Shown here: positions 61,049-62,298 of the stretch, piece after piece | How the letters are laid out: each line of letters opens with the position of its first letter | Position numbering within the stretch: the stretch's first letter is position 1 | DNA from: an uncultured cyanobacterium | Lineage (GTDB): Bacteria; Cyanobacteriota; Cyanobacteriia; Cyanobacteriales; CAWCAG01 | Assembly (NCBI GenBank): GCA_963793425.1 | Contig: CAWCAG010000002.1 | Coordinates: forward strand, 1-62,298 | Length of the DNA stretch: 62,298 nt | Direction: 5' to 3' | Made by a program: the position numbers and the translations under genes | The notes under the pieces: generated by a model | Seen by the model: only the letters and a program-made list of their open reading frames with translations | What the model was told of the DNA's origin: nothing | The model's database searches: none

Positions 61049-61797
61049 ATGAATTGGGTAACAGAAGAACTTAAGTATGCAGACTTAGGGGACACAAGGA
61101 GAAACAAACGGTTAGTAAAAATAGTAGAAGACCTAGCAGATCAACCTAACGTCAGCGTCATTTCAGTTATCAGTTATCAGTTATCAGTTATCAGTTGGGG
61201 CTAATAGGGCAGAAAGTATGGGCTAGAGAGAAAAAGCATCGTAGCTTAGAAAAAGAAGGACATATAAAGGACATAGAGAAGCGGGAGTCTCAACGCTGGA
61301 TAGAAAGCCTAGAAAAAAGCCAAGAAGCATTGCCAGAAGGAGTAAAAGGAATAACAGTCGCAGATAGAGAAGCAGACATACATAAGCTTCTGGTCAGGCA
61401 TAAACAATTAGGAGCAGACTTCATCATTAGAGCTTGCCAGAATAGGCGAAGCATAGAACTAATCAATAGAAAAGGAAGAAAACAACCACTATGGGACGCA
61501 GTACGAGAGCTTCCCAGAAAAGGGAAAATAACTATCAAACTACAGAGAACGCCAAAAAGGAAAAAAGTCAGGACAGCAGAACTGTCTATAAGGTATGGAA
61601 CAGTACCATTAAGGCCACCAGAGTCAGCATCAGCAGAAGAAAAAAAAGAAAAGCTCACAACTCAAGTAATACTGGCAGAAGAAGAAAATCCGCCACCGGG
61701 AGAAGAGCCAGTAGTGTGGCTATTACTAACAAGTTTAGAAGTAAACAGCTTCTCCCGAAGCGAGAAAATCTTAGAACTGTACTCTTACCGTTGGTTA
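61049..61797 (+). pseudogene. IS4 family (IS50/Tn5-like) transposase remnant
   Basis: MNWVTEELKYADLGDTRRNKRL then gap, ESQRW, VADREADI, FIIRA, WLLLTSL, YSYRW motifs; cut by ISAzo13. Confidence 0.85.
61163..61196. repeat. Heptamer tandem repeat (TCAGTTA)n at the deletion point of the IS4 transposase
   Basis: TCAGTTA x4 + TCAGTT; other heptamer tracts (AGCTAAT/AGCTAAC, ACCCCTT/ACCCTTT) near 7283, 8945, 24530, 31738, 50224, 54978. Confidence 0.85.
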
Positions 61798-62275
61798 GAG
61801 AGAGCCACAAAAAGAATGATCCAGTTTAAGCTAGGAGAATTAGGGGTGAAAAAAGTGGATGAAGAAACTAAGCGAAAGTATAAAAGCTCTTTACATAAAA
61901 ACGGCAACGCAACTAAAAGGTAGTGCAAGAAGACAATTTATGGCAGCAGTAGTGAAAGAATTAGGTGTAGGGGGACAAAGTTTAGCAGAAAGAGAATTGA
62001 AGTGGAATCGACGAACAATTCGTAAAGGAATGAAGGAATTAACCAGTGGCGAAGAAATTAAGGATGGTTATGAACGTAGTGGACGCAAACGAGTAGAAGA
62101 GAAACTGCCGCAATTGCTCGAAGATATAGAAGCCTTGGTAGAGCCACAAACACAAACAGACCTAAGTTTCTTGAGTACAAGATTATATACTCGTCTGAGT
62201 GCAGTACAGGTGCGTCGTCAGTTAATCAAACACAAAGGCTATACCGAAGAAGAATTACCGAGTGTAGAGCAGTAA
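61798..62275 (+). mobile_element. ISAzo13 family element 5' part; transposase truncated
   Basis: LKGSARRQFMA...WNRRTIRKG...SGRKRVEEKLPQLLEDI...LYTRLSA; starts exactly where IS4 similarity ends; stop at 62273. Confidence 0.85.
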
Positions 62276-62298
62276 TCAAGATTGGGGAATTTGACAGA

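Overview
Cyanobacterial plasmid segment (HIP1 GCGATCGC sites, heptamer tandem repeats, Uma2/XisHI/CHAT-TPR genes). A plasmid backbone (tyrosine recombinase, two parAB pairs, large primase-helicase Rep, MOBP relaxase + MobC) is flanked by two CRISPR regions. Left: RT-Cas1 fusion + cas2 + three small co-oriented genes, and three arrays sharing a triplicated leader but each with its own repeat-loop variant, plus one solitary repeat. Right: truncated cas1, WYL regulator, a type III-Bv-like cmr operon (HD-less Cas10, Cmr3/4/5, Cmr6-Cmr1 fusion, CARF-HEPN effector) and two arrays of a second repeat family. No cas6 is present in the window. IS630 x2, IS701, TnpB, IS4 and ISAzo13 elements are present. 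The least expected signals are a 40-aa secreted-peptide gene ending RGAGR (PatS/PatX-like), a 98-aa gene nested out of frame inside rep, a G_GGA_AAG -1 frameshift site that would add a membrane anchor, and a RelE-like/unknown/HTH trio behind cas2. All calls are by eye; no database searches were run.
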